Assembly: GCA_027317865.1 (NCBI GenBank)
Contig: DAHVQG010000014.1
Location: forward strand, 1 to 64,000
Reading direction: 5' to 3'
DNA from: Bdellovibrionales bacterium
GTDB taxonomy: Bacteria; Bdellovibrionota; Bdellovibrionia; Bdellovibrionales; UBA1609
DNA: 64,000 nt
The position numbers and the translations under genes are program-made. Positions within the stretch are counted from its first letter, which is position 1. Each line of letters begins with the position of its first letter. Below are positions 9,801 through 18,926 of the stretch, piece by piece. The notes under the pieces were generated by a model. The model did no database searches. It worked only from the letters and a program-made list of their open reading frames with translations, and had not been told where the DNA came from.

Positions 9801-10184
9801 TTAGTTACAAGCTGTACGAAGAACTACGCACTGCGCACCGAAAGTTGAGGTGCAAGCATTGAGCGCTGCTTGATCCGCTGAGTAGGGATCAACAAAGCCG
9901 CTACCTTCAAATCCATTACCTTGCGAACGGGCCCATTCTGAGGGGACACCCGGCACGGCTACCAAAGCGATGCACTGGTTGTTTTCCCAATTCATTATTT
10001 GACAAGGCTCGTAAGGCGGCACGTTTTGACAGGCATCTAATGCCGTTTGCTCAGCCGTATAGAGATCCATGTACCCTTCTGACCGTACCACTTGACCGGT
10101 TTGCGGATTGTACGCAATGGCGCCATAGCCTGCGAATGCTGTTACAGGCAGCAAAAAGGCAGCTAACGCTAAAATGTGTTTCAT
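9801..10184 (-). CDS. Secreted DUF4189-like protein
   Basis: Signal peptide, then YGAIAY...AEQTALDAC...C and a second ADQAALNAC...C repeat; GGGGGGA RBS. Confidence 0.8.
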   Translation of the reverse strand: MKHILALAAFLLPVTAFAGYGAIAYNPQTGQVVRSEGYMDLYTAEQTALDACQNVPPYEPCQIMNWENNQCIALVAVPGVPSEWARSQGNGFEGSGFVDPYSADQAALNACTSTFGAQCVVLRTACN

Positions 10185-10402
10185 ATATCCCCCCACTTGT
10201 TGCGGCGCTTGATGCGCCATTTTGTTGTAAAAGAACTTCCCCGGAATGTTCACGAGATCCGTGAATACTCCACCCTCAGTTCCGATCTATAAAGTAATGT
10301 ATTTTTTTGTCAATGCGACTGTATCGACTGCGAGACTTTGAAAAAAATATTCCGCCTCACGCACTGCAGCCGTTTCACTTCTACACGGCTGACACAGATT
10401 AG

Positions 10403-10442
10403 CCCAAATACTGACGGCCAACTAAACGGTCGTCAGTATGGG
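10403..10442 (-). terminator. Hairpin downstream of gene 10480-10845
   Basis: atactgacggcc/ggtcgtcagtat stem. Confidence 0.45.
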
Positions 10443-10479
10443 AATCGATACATTTTGCTTAAATGTCAGGCAGGTAACA

Positions 10480-10845
10480 TCAATATGCAAAAGTGATATT
10501 TGCTGATTGACCATTGTCAGTAACTTTATAAACGCAGGTGTTGCCGACTTCATATTGACTCATTGGTGGTGGCATGACGAAAGAAATTTCGGTTGCCAAT
10601 TGGCTTTTTGACATTCCCACAAAAGCACAATGTGCAGAAGCCTCAACTTGCTTAACGCTTACGTTTTCGCTTGGCGGAATCAATATGTTCAGCTGACCGT
10701 TCTCAACAAAATCCATATAAACCGTCGTCGAACTCAATTGACTGGTCATATCGATCAAATGTCCTCTGGGAGTGACGGTTATGGCGAACGACGTTGCAGC
10801 GATTGCCATCATAAATACAAAACTCGAAACTATAAGGGTTTTCAT
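10480..10845 (-). CDS. Secreted hypothetical protein
   Basis: Signal peptide, AAGGAG RBS, two Cys. Confidence 0.7.
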   Translation of the reverse strand: MKTLIVSSFVFMMAIAATSFAITVTPRGHLIDMTSQLSSTTVYMDFVENGQLNILIPPSENVSVKQVEASAHCAFVGMSKSQLATEISFVMPPPMSQYEVGNTCVYKVTDNGQSANITFAY

Positions 10846-11003
10846 GTTCGTTTTTCTCCTTAATGAAAGGTCGTAATCGATCAGAAAATTTATATCACAT
10901 AACTAAAAGTTAATTTTAGAAAAGCGGTTTTTTTGAAATTATTCAAAGACTGTCAAAAATTTTAACAGTCGCGAACCAGAGCCGATTCTGTTAAAGTGCG
11001 CCC

Positions 11004-11540
11004 ATGATTTTATCAGACAAGACTCTTAGAGCAATGATTCAAAAAGGCGAACTTGTTGTTGAACCTTTGCAAGAAAACTCAATCCAACCGGCGTCGATTG
11101 ATTGTCACCTCGGTAGGCATTTTTTGATTGTCGAAGACCGGCAAATGCACATCATCGATATGGAGTCCAAAATACTTTATCGTGAATACGAAGACGAACA
11201 AATCATCATTCCGCCCCACTCGTTTTTGCTCGCGACGACCGAGGAGTATGTGCGTTTACCCCACAATTTGACCGCATTTGTGGAGGGTCGAAGCTCGATT
11301 GGCCGAATTGGTCTTTTTATTCAAAACGCGGGCTGGGTTGATCCAGGTTTTGAGGGGCAAATTACGCTTGAACTTTACAATGCGAATTCTTTGCCGATTC
11401 GACTGCGAGCCGGCCGCCGTGTTTGCCAACTCGTCTTTTGTCAGATGGATCAAGCCGCATTAAATCCGTATAGAGGGAAATATCAGGGCCAACGCAAAGC
11501 AACAGGCAGCCGCGTTTACGAAGACAGTGAAGTTCGATAG
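11004..11540 (+). CDS. dcd: dCTP deaminase
   Basis: IQPASID, GRSSIGR, AGWVDPGFEGQITLE and Y.GKYQGQ motifs. Confidence 0.95.
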   Translation: MILSDKTLRAMIQKGELVVEPLQENSIQPASIDCHLGRHFLIVEDRQMHIIDMESKILYREYEDEQIIIPPHSFLLATTEEYVRLPHNLTAFVEGRSSIGRIGLFIQNAGWVDPGFEGQITLELYNANSLPIRLRAGRRVCQLVFCQMDQAALNPYRGKYQGQRKATGSRVYEDSEVR

Positions 11541-11593
11541 AATATGGGCCTCATGGATGATCACCTGTACTTTGGCCGCATCGTGAGGAACAG

Positions 11594-12631
11594 ATGACGG
11601 CTCTTGTTCTGTACGTTGTAGTTACTCTTGCCACATCGTTTATTTGTTCGATGAGCGAAGCGGTCATTTTGTCTGTGCACCCGGCTTATATCGCTCTTCT
11701 TGAAAAGAAACGAAAACGCACTGGGGCACTCCTTCAGACCTTACACGAAAATATTGAACGGCCCATTGCCGCAATTTTAACTTTAAATACGATTGCGAAT
11801 ACCGTCGGCGCAATGCTGGTCGGGCGCCAGGTGGTCGACATTTGGGGTGATAAAACGCTTGGGTTTGCTTCGGCGATTTTCACTTTTATCATTTTGGTGC
11901 TTTCTGAAATTATCCCGAAAACAATTGGCGCGCATTACCCGAAGCAATTAGCTCCGGTTTTAGGTTATGTAATTCAGTTTATGATCTACATCACTTTGCC
12001 GTTCGTATTTCTAACAGGATTTCTCAATCGCCTTCTCGAAAATGACGAAGCCATCAGCACATCGCGCGAAGAAATGATTGCTGCGGCTGAAATCGGCGCC
12101 GACGAAGGGGCGATCCATCAGAAAGAAAGTAAAATCATCAAAAATCTGCTCATGCTCGACAAGATGAAAATTTCGGGAATCATGACGCCGCGATCTGTAG
12201 TTAACGCTTTTGACATGCACGAAACCGTTGGGTCTGTAATGGAGAAATATAAACCAGTCCGGTTTTCGCGCATTCCGCTTTACGACCGCGACCTTGATAA
12301 CATTAAGGGGCTCCTTCACCGTTATAAACTTATGGAAGCCGTTGCTCTCGATCAATACGACATGCCACTCCAAAATATCATGACGTCGATCCACACAGTT
12401 TCTGAAGACATGACTGTTGGAGCGGCACTCGATGAATTTATCAAGCGGCGAGAGCATTTATTTTTAGTCGTAAACGAATACGGCACAATGTCAGGCATTG
12501 TCACCCTCGAAGATGCGATCGAGACTCTACTGGGAGTTGAAATCGTCGATGAATACGATTCCGTAACGGACATGCGCCAGTATGCCATCGAACAATGGCG
12601 GCTTAAAAAGCAAGCGGCGATGAAAAAGTAG
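11594..12631 (+). CDS. CNNM (DUF21)+CBS domain membrane protein
   Basis: ILTLNTIANT, SEIIPKTIG, IMTPR, FSRIP, GIVTLED..E. Confidence 0.9.
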   Translation: MTALVLYVVVTLATSFICSMSEAVILSVHPAYIALLEKKRKRTGALLQTLHENIERPIAAILTLNTIANTVGAMLVGRQVVDIWGDKTLGFASAIFTFIILVLSEIIPKTIGAHYPKQLAPVLGYVIQFMIYITLPFVFLTGFLNRLLENDEAISTSREEMIAAAEIGADEGAIHQKESKIIKNLLMLDKMKISGIMTPRSVVNAFDMHETVGSVMEKYKPVRFSRIPLYDRDLDNIKGLLHRYKLMEAVALDQYDMPLQNIMTSIHTVSEDMTVGAALDEFIKRREHLFLVVNEYGTMSGIVTLEDAIETLLGVEIVDEYDSVTDMRQYAIEQWRLKKQAAMKK

Positions 12632-12664
12632 TCCGCGCGAAAAACCAAACAAAAGGGGCGTTTT

Positions 12665-13456
12665 GTGAAATACGAAATCTCAAAAACATTGCTGCAGACT
12701 TTGACAATCGACTTAGACGTAAACGAGTCGATTTATAGCCAAACTGCCATGATGGCATGGATGAACGCGGCAATGACCATGAATACGCACAACGAAGGCG
12801 GTTTTTTTGCCGGCTTAAAGCGAAGCCTTAGCGGCGGATCTTTTTTTGTAACCGAATTTGTTTCAACCGGTAATGGTCAAATTACCTTTGCTCCGAAATT
12901 TCCGGGCCAAATTTTAGCGAAGGTTTTAGCTGCCGGCGAATCGCTCATTTGCCGCAAAGATTCTTTTTTATGCGCCGAAAAATCAGTTACCTTTGACGTC
13001 GCCCTTCAGCAAGGTTTCGGCGCCGGGCTATTCGGCGGCGAAGGTTTCATATTACAAAAAATCACCGGCCCTGGAACAGTTTGGCTCGATCTCTCAGGTA
13101 ATGTTATCGAAAAAGAGTTGCAATCCGGTGAAATGCTGATGGTTCACGCCGGACATATCGGCGTTCAAACTCCTACGGTCAGTTTTAATGTGAAAATGGT
13201 TCGCGGATTTCGTAACATTATCTTTGGCGGCGAAGGGCTCTTTCTTGTAGAACTAATGGGCCCCGGTAAAGTTTGGTTGCAAAGTATGCCGATCATGAAT
13301 CTCGCTGAAGAAATCGGGCGCTATTTACCTAACACACAAGCGGTTAATACCGCCGCAGGCGCCGGTATCGGCGGTGTTGCGGGGGGCATGCTCGGTGGCC
13401 AAACTGGTTCGATTGTCGGTGGAATTCTTGGCGGAATTTTAGGCAATAACGAATAG
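12665..13456 (+). CDS. AIM24/TIGR00266 family protein with C-terminal glycine zipper
   Basis: Repeated FGGEG motifs, GPGKVWLQSMP; Gly-rich tail. Confidence 0.85.
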   Translation: MKYEISKTLLQTLTIDLDVNESIYSQTAMMAWMNAAMTMNTHNEGGFFAGLKRSLSGGSFFVTEFVSTGNGQITFAPKFPGQILAKVLAAGESLICRKDSFLCAEKSVTFDVALQQGFGAGLFGGEGFILQKITGPGTVWLDLSGNVIEKELQSGEMLMVHAGHIGVQTPTVSFNVKMVRGFRNIIFGGEGLFLVELMGPGKVWLQSMPIMNLAEEIGRYLPNTQAVNTAAGAGIGGVAGGMLGGQTGSIVGGILGGILGNNE

Positions 13457-13459
13457 GCA

Positions 13460-13984
13460 CTAAACCGACGCTTTAAGTTCGGACATAAGAAACAGCGGAT
13501 GAAGCCATAGCTTTTCATCCTGAAGCTTGTCGCGGCCGCCCTGTTCACGATCGATTACGCACAAAACATCTGTAATTTCCGCACCCAATTTACGTAGCTC
13601 GCGTACGCTTTCGATAATTTGCCCACCGGTTGTAACGACGTCTTCAATTATACAAACCTTTTTGCCGCCGATGACTGCTCCCTCAGCGAGTTTCATTGTT
13701 CCATATTCTTTGGCTTTTTTTCGCACAAAACACAGATTGTAACCGGACTCTAAACCCAAAGCGGTAGCAATTGCGACCCCTCCCAACTCTAAACCCGCCA
13801 AAACCTCGGTGCGTTCGGGCACCAGTGGTGACATTTTTTTTGCAATTTCTCGCAGAAGTTCAGGATCCGACTCAAAACAATATTTATCAAAATACTCGGT
13901 CGAAGTTTGACCTGAACGTAGTTTGAATTCTCCGCGCAAATAAGCCGACTTATATATAGCTGCCGCCAAATCATTTCGTGTCAT
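13460..13984 (-). CDS. pyrE: Orotate phosphoribosyltransferase
   Basis: GEFKLRSG, VRKKAKEYGT, IIEDVVTTGG and IDREQG motifs. Confidence 0.93.
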   Translation of the reverse strand: MTRNDLAAAIYKSAYLRGEFKLRSGQTSTEYFDKYCFESDPELLREIAKKMSPLVPERTEVLAGLELGGVAIATALGLESGYNLCFVRKKAKEYGTMKLAEGAVIGGKKVCIIEDVVTTGGQIIESVRELRKLGAEITDVLCVIDREQGGRDKLQDEKLWLHPLFLMSELKASV

Positions 13985-14158
13985 GCCATTAACTTAAGCT
14001 TCATACCTTCGACAGTCGAGTAAGAAATGCACGTACAAGTGGCACAGAAAATGCTTTCTCTATTTTATAGAGGCCGACCGGCGTCAAAGCGATACCGGTC
14101 TATTGCCCAGGCTGAGATCGCTTTTGAGCGCCAAAGCGCTCACACGTACGAGGTGCAA

Positions 14159-14251
14159 ATGTTGATGGAAACTAAATTCGTCTTTTTTATTCTATTTGTT
14201 TTAACGATTTTTATGGTTTTTGCCGTCCAGTTTCTCGTGCACGGGTTCTGA
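14159..14251 (+). CDS. 30-aa hydrophobic small protein
   Basis: GAGGT RBS 14150-14154, ATG 14159; MLMETKFVFFILFVLTIFMVFAVQFLVHGF is one predicted TM helix. Confidence 0.55.
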   Translation: MLMETKFVFFILFVLTIFMVFAVQFLVHGF

Positions 14252-14285
14252 AACCTTGTTTTGCCGTCTTGTTTTGGAGTTTTAT

Positions 14286-14609
14286 TCAGCCCACCGTTTC
14301 AGAACCAATCCATTTTGCAAATTCGTTTATGGCCTTCGGAGTTTCGATTTTGACGACACACGGGCACTCGTAAGAATGTAATTGTTGAACCCGTTTTTGC
14401 ACGCGCGAATAAAGTCTTTCGCGAGTTTTAAAAATCACCACAATTTCCTTTGCATGCTCAACTTTATTGCGCCAGCGGTAGAGACTCGCTATTGGGCCGA
14501 TGATATTGGCACATGCAATGAGCCGCTCCTCGAGCAATTTCTTCGCCGCCTCGTTGGCTGCGCGTTGGCTCGGCCACGTTGTATAGACGAAACAAATTTT
14601 TGGCTTCAC
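14286..14609 (-). CDS. cutA: Divalent-cation tolerance protein CutA
   Basis: LIACANI, SLYRW, E....FKT and HSYECP motifs. Confidence 0.93.
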   Translation of the reverse strand: MKPKICFVYTTWPSQRAANEAAKKLLEERLIACANIIGPIASLYRWRNKVEHAKEIVVIFKTRERLYSRVQKRVQQLHSYECPCVVKIETPKAINEFAKWIGSETVG

Positions 14610-15694
14610 GGCACTTCGGCTAGCATCTCGCGCAACTCGCGCACAATTTCGCTTTGTTGCGGAACCGAAGCCTCTTCTAAATTGGGATGAAGACCGACAC
14701 CCGGCACGTTTTTACCGGCTAAAACACGCGGGCGCGCGAGCAAATGGTATAACAATTCATTCGCTGTCCGGTAAGCTAGATGCTCGCCAAAGTTCGTGAC
14801 CTCGGTGTCTTCGTTTACAAACATCACGCGCCCGGTTTTAATCACCGATTCGCGCACGGTCTGCCAATCGTACGGGTAAAGAGAGCGCAGATCGATGACT
14901 TCGACAGCAAACCCTTCGGCCAACAATTCGTCAGCCGCTCGATTACAAAAGTGAACCGTGCGGCCGTAACTTACTAGTGTTGCACTCGCGTGTTTTGAAC
15001 CGGCGTCCGAACCTAAATCAACGGCTCGCGTGATTTTTGCTTTGCCAATCGGCACACGAAAACTCTCGTCAAGCTTTGGCCAGCGCGGGCGCCACTTCGC
15101 GCGATCTCCAATCGGCGCATCAATCATCGCTTTGAGTTCGCGTTCATCTGCAGGCTCGCCCGGCAACAGCTCTTCTCCGCGTACGCGCAGCAACGCTTTC
15201 GGTTTTAAAAATAAAACAGGATTCGGATCTTCAATCGCCGAAAGCATCAATCCGAATGCGTCAATCGGCGTCGATGGCATAACGATCTTCCAGCCCGTCA
15301 GTCGCGTGGCCCATGCATCAAAACTGTGGGAGTGATAAATTGATCCGTGAATACCAGCCCCCGTCGGTGTCATCACCACCATCGGCAAATTATAATTGCC
15401 GTTACTTACCCAGTGCGTATTACCGGCGATTTTAAGAAGATCGATGGTGTTAAAAATATAATCGCAAAATTGGACTTCTGCGACGCACACGTCACCGGCG
15501 AGCGCAATGCCAATCGCGCAACCGATAATTCCGCGCTCATCCAATGGGGCGTTCCAAGTGGTTTTCAATCCTTGAGTCGCGGTAAATACGCCCCCAAGCG
15601 GTGCGCCCACGTCTTGGCCGAAAATATCTTTTACTCCAAGATGTTCTTCACCAATATGTAGTGCCATGCGAATGGCCTGCGCCATATTAGCCAT
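14606..15694 (-). CDS. 2-oxoacid (probably branched-chain) dehydrogenase E1 beta subunit
   Basis: GQDV, GGVF.AT, AEVQF.DY, HSHS, EVIDLRSL; adjacent to E1 alpha. Confidence 0.9.
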   Translation of the reverse strand: MANMAQAIRMALHIGEEHLGVKDIFGQDVGAPLGGVFTATQGLKTTWNAPLDERGIIGCAIGIALAGDVCVAEVQFCDYIFNTIDLLKIAGNTHWVSNGNYNLPMVVMTPTGAGIHGSIYHSHSFDAWATRLTGWKIVMPSTPIDAFGLMLSAIEDPNPVLFLKPKALLRVRGEELLPGEPADERELKAMIDAPIGDRAKWRPRWPKLDESFRVPIGKAKITRAVDLGSDAGSKHASATLVSYGRTVHFCNRAADELLAEGFAVEVIDLRSLYPYDWQTVRESVIKTGRVMFVNEDTEVTNFGEHLAYRTANELLYHLLARPRVLAGKNVPGVGLHPNLEEASVPQQSEIVRELREMLAEVP

Positions 15695-15716
15695 CAAGTC
15701 TCCTACGCAGGTTCAT

Positions 15717-16778
15717 CTAGAACTTTCTCCAATCTGCGTTTTCGTTATTCGCGTAGACATGCTTCCAAATGTCGCTCGCCTCCGGCGCGGGTTCATGGCG
15801 AACGGATTCTTGAGCTTCTCGCGCCTCGCTCTCATAGCGTGCAAAAAGCGATTCAACGTCACCGTCTCGAATAACGCCGCTTTTCTTCAAATATTCAGAA
15901 AAACTTTTAATGCAATCAAATTCATCAATCCGATTCGCTCCTGAGGCTGAAGAATGGCCGTACAATCGCGATAACCGGGCTTCAATAAAATAAGGTTTTC
16001 GATTTTTTCTGATATAGGCGAATGCTTCTTGCAGTCGAAAATAACACTCAACAGGATCGTTGCCGTTAATCACTGCCGACTCAATGTTAAACGCACGTGC
16101 CCGGTCCGCAATTGAAGTTTCACCGTGTTGCCCTTCATAGGCCGTGGATATTCCCCAAAAATTATTTTGCACGGTAATCAAGATCGGAAGTTCATGACCC
16201 TTTCGCGATGACCAAACGAGACACGAAGCAAAATCACCTTCAGCCGTACCCGCATCACCGCCAGTGACGATCGTAATTCCCTTGGAGCGTTCACGTTGCT
16301 GCGCCCATGCCGTGCCAATCGCCTGAGAATACTGCACCTCAATCGGCGATGAAACTGGGACGACATTCCACTCTGGGTAACAAAAATGGTTTGAAAAATT
16401 ACGGCCGCCAGTTGACGTGTCGGTTGCCCGATTCATCATTATGCGAATCGAGTCAATGATCGGCATCCCCATCGCCACTAAAGTCGGCGAACCACGATAA
16501 TGTAAATGCAAATAATCGTGATCGTGACCGCGACCTTTGTTCACAAGTAATCCGAGAGGCACGCCAAAGGCTTCTTCACCGGGGCCCCCGATCCAAAAGT
16601 AAGCTTCTCCCGCTTTATAAATTTTGATGAGGCGCTCTTCGAGAACACGTGACTTCACCATTAGATCGAGCATTTTTAGCAGAAGATCTTTTGGCAATGG
16701 TAATGCGCTCGCGGATTTTTTCACTGCCGCACGCGATGTTCCCGTGCGGTTTTGCAATTTCTTTTTTGAACCAGACAT
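15717..16778 (-). CDS. 2-oxoacid dehydrogenase E1 alpha subunit (ThDP-dependent)
   Basis: GDAGTAEG...NN ThDP motif; RLYGHSS. Confidence 0.9.
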   Translation of the reverse strand: MSGSKKKLQNRTGTSRAAVKKSASALPLPKDLLLKMLDLMVKSRVLEERLIKIYKAGEAYFWIGGPGEEAFGVPLGLLVNKGRGHDHDYLHLHYRGSPTLVAMGMPIIDSIRIMMNRATDTSTGGRNFSNHFCYPEWNVVPVSSPIEVQYSQAIGTAWAQQRERSKGITIVTGGDAGTAEGDFASCLVWSSRKGHELPILITVQNNFWGISTAYEGQHGETSIADRARAFNIESAVINGNDPVECYFRLQEAFAYIRKNRKPYFIEARLSRLYGHSSASGANRIDEFDCIKSFSEYLKKSGVIRDGDVESLFARYESEAREAQESVRHEPAPEASDIWKHVYANNENADWRKF

Positions 16779-16799
16779 TAGGGCAGATCCCTTAGAGCT

Positions 16800-18863
16800 C
16801 TAATTGGCCCGAGTTTTAGAGTGGGTACTCTTTGCCATTGCTTCTTTTTTCGTTTTCAAAGCTTTTGCGTGCATAACGGGCGTGCCGTATCCGTCAAGTA
16901 CAGACATTTCCGCCGCGATATTTAGCGCCTCTCTTATGTCAGGACGTTTGAGGTAATATTTTCGTCTCAATATTTGATCTTGAGCGTAGGTTTTACCCTC
17001 TTCTTTTTTCTCCTGTTTGTCGACGGTGACTTGAGCTTTTAAGAACTGGCTCACAACAATTTCGCCGTTCTTTTCTTTTTTCTCTTTAGCAATTTCGCGG
17101 CGAATTTTCGCAAATGCTTTGCTGTGATCGACGCGAATTTCACTGTCACGTCGCAGACGCGCGATGAGCCGCTTCGTCACGCGCTTCCAATGCCCTGGTT
17201 GCCCCGGTGGAACATACGCCTCAGCCGATAGAAATGGCGCGACCCTGTTACGAGGTAATGAATACGTCAGGTCTTTTTCAGCGATGTGTTCGTACGGTAA
17301 AACGCTTGGCAAAACAATTTGCGACGGAACACCGTAATGTTGCGTCGACTCACCGCCTGGAATAAAAAACATACCGATTGTCGTTTTTATCGCGCCCAAT
17401 CCTGGGAGCGGCTCGACCGCCTGCACTGTTCCTTTACCGAACGTGTGACCGGTACCGACAATTACGGCACGATCGTAGTCTTTAAGAGTACCTGAAACAA
17501 TTTCCGCAGCCGACGCGGTGTAAGGGCTTGTGAGAATCACCAAAGGTCCGGCGTAATTTACGAGCGGATCCGTGTCGGCAAGAACAATATCCGTGCTCGA
17601 ATCGCGGCTTGACTGCTTAACGACATTACCTTCGCGAAAAAATTCGCCGGCAATTTCAACTGCGTCTTCGAGCGAGCCCCCGCCATCTTGGGATAGATCG
17701 AGGAGCATTCCGTCGACATGATGTTGGTTAGCTTGGTATAAAAGTTTTCGCATGTCCGACGCCGCTGAACGTCCACCTGGTCGGCCGTCCGAATAAAAAC
17801 TAGGCAAATTAATAAGAGCAATCTTCACTTTTTTGCCGTGCCAAACTTTATTTATATAGTTGATCGACGCGGCTTCGTCTTTAATTGTGATCTTTTCGCG
17901 CGTCAGGGCGATCGTAAATTTTTTGTTTCCCTTTGGAGTTTTTCGCAAAATCCGCAAACGCACAACCGTGCCTTTTTTACCGCGGATCTGTTCAACCACT
18001 TTCTCAAGGTCTTCGTTCACGACGTTTTTAATCGGGCCGGTCTTGCCTTGTCCAACTCCTATGATCATATCTTTCGGTCGTAAAAGACCCGACTTCGCAG
18101 CAGAACCGCCCGGCAGAAGTTGTTCAATAACCGTAAACCCGTCTTTGGAACTCAACGTTGCGCCTATCCCTTGAAGAGATAAACGAATTTCAATTTCAAA
18201 CTCTTGAAACTGCTCTTGAGACCAGTATGTTGAGTGCGGATCAAGCGCCTTTGCGAATGAATTCAAATATAAGGTAAAAATATCATCTGGTTTGTTGTCG
18301 TTGATGTGCATCATCGCGCGTTTATAGTTTTGCAGTACCTTTTCGCGCGCCCTCGGCTCTTTCACGCCGCTTGCGATATAGTTCGCCACTTGCAATTGAA
18401 TATATTTTCGAAGATACGCGTCGACACCGGCTTCAGTTGGCGGATATCTACGCTTCTTGGGGTCGGTTATGATTTTTGTCCATGGTTCAAATTTAAAATT
18501 CTTATTCTTTAAAACACTTTCAGCGTATTCAATGTTGTGCTTCATCCGCTTTTTAAACAGGGAGTAGACGTCAAGAATCGGTTGGCAGTTATTTTGATTA
18601 ATCTTTTTAAAAACGCCTTTCATCATCACATGGATTTTTCTGACATCAGCTTGGTTGAAGTACATTTTCGAACCATCGAGGTGGTTGATGTACATATGAA
18701 TCGTACGCCGTTCGAGTTCCGGGGTCAGGTGACTGAATATAAGGTGTTTTTGCAAAAAGCGCATCTCGATCGGTGCGATATATTGACAAGTAAGCTTCAA
18801 CCCATAAGACGGTAACGAGACAAGCGAGCTGAAGATTAAAACAAACAACGTGATGCGATTCAT
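16800..18863 (-). CDS. prc: Carboxy-terminal (tail-specific) protease, S41A
   Basis: LDPHS, GIGA PDZ, LPSFY, GGGSL, TASAAEI (Ser), TFGKGTVQ (Lys); signal peptide. Confidence 0.9.
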   Translation of the reverse strand: MNRITLFVLIFSSLVSLPSYGLKLTCQYIAPIEMRFLQKHLIFSHLTPELERRTIHMYINHLDGSKMYFNQADVRKIHVMMKGVFKKINQNNCQPILDVYSLFKKRMKHNIEYAESVLKNKNFKFEPWTKIITDPKKRRYPPTEAGVDAYLRKYIQLQVANYIASGVKEPRAREKVLQNYKRAMMHINDNKPDDIFTLYLNSFAKALDPHSTYWSQEQFQEFEIEIRLSLQGIGATLSSKDGFTVIEQLLPGGSAAKSGLLRPKDMIIGVGQGKTGPIKNVVNEDLEKVVEQIRGKKGTVVRLRILRKTPKGNKKFTIALTREKITIKDEAASINYINKVWHGKKVKIALINLPSFYSDGRPGGRSAASDMRKLLYQANQHHVDGMLLDLSQDGGGSLEDAVEIAGEFFREGNVVKQSSRDSSTDIVLADTDPLVNYAGPLVILTSPYTASAAEIVSGTLKDYDRAVIVGTGHTFGKGTVQAVEPLPGLGAIKTTIGMFFIPGGESTQHYGVPSQIVLPSVLPYEHIAEKDLTYSLPRNRVAPFLSAEAYVPPGQPGHWKRVTKRLIARLRRDSEIRVDHSKAFAKIRREIAKEKKEKNGEIVVSQFLKAQVTVDKQEKKEEGKTYAQDQILRRKYYLKRPDIREALNIAAEMSVLDGYGTPVMHAKALKTKKEAMAKSTHSKTRAN

Positions 18864-18926
18864 GTTGGCACCTTCTATTTAAAGATTGGACTTCGTTAAG
18901 ATAGCAACGACCATAGTAGCAACGAT

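Noticed and set aside
14076..14142. Assignment of the leader to the c-di-GMP-I or TPP riboswitch families (CAAAGC..CCGGTCTA, GCTGAGA)
   Set aside because: The other conserved elements of both families are missing; kept only as an unassigned structure
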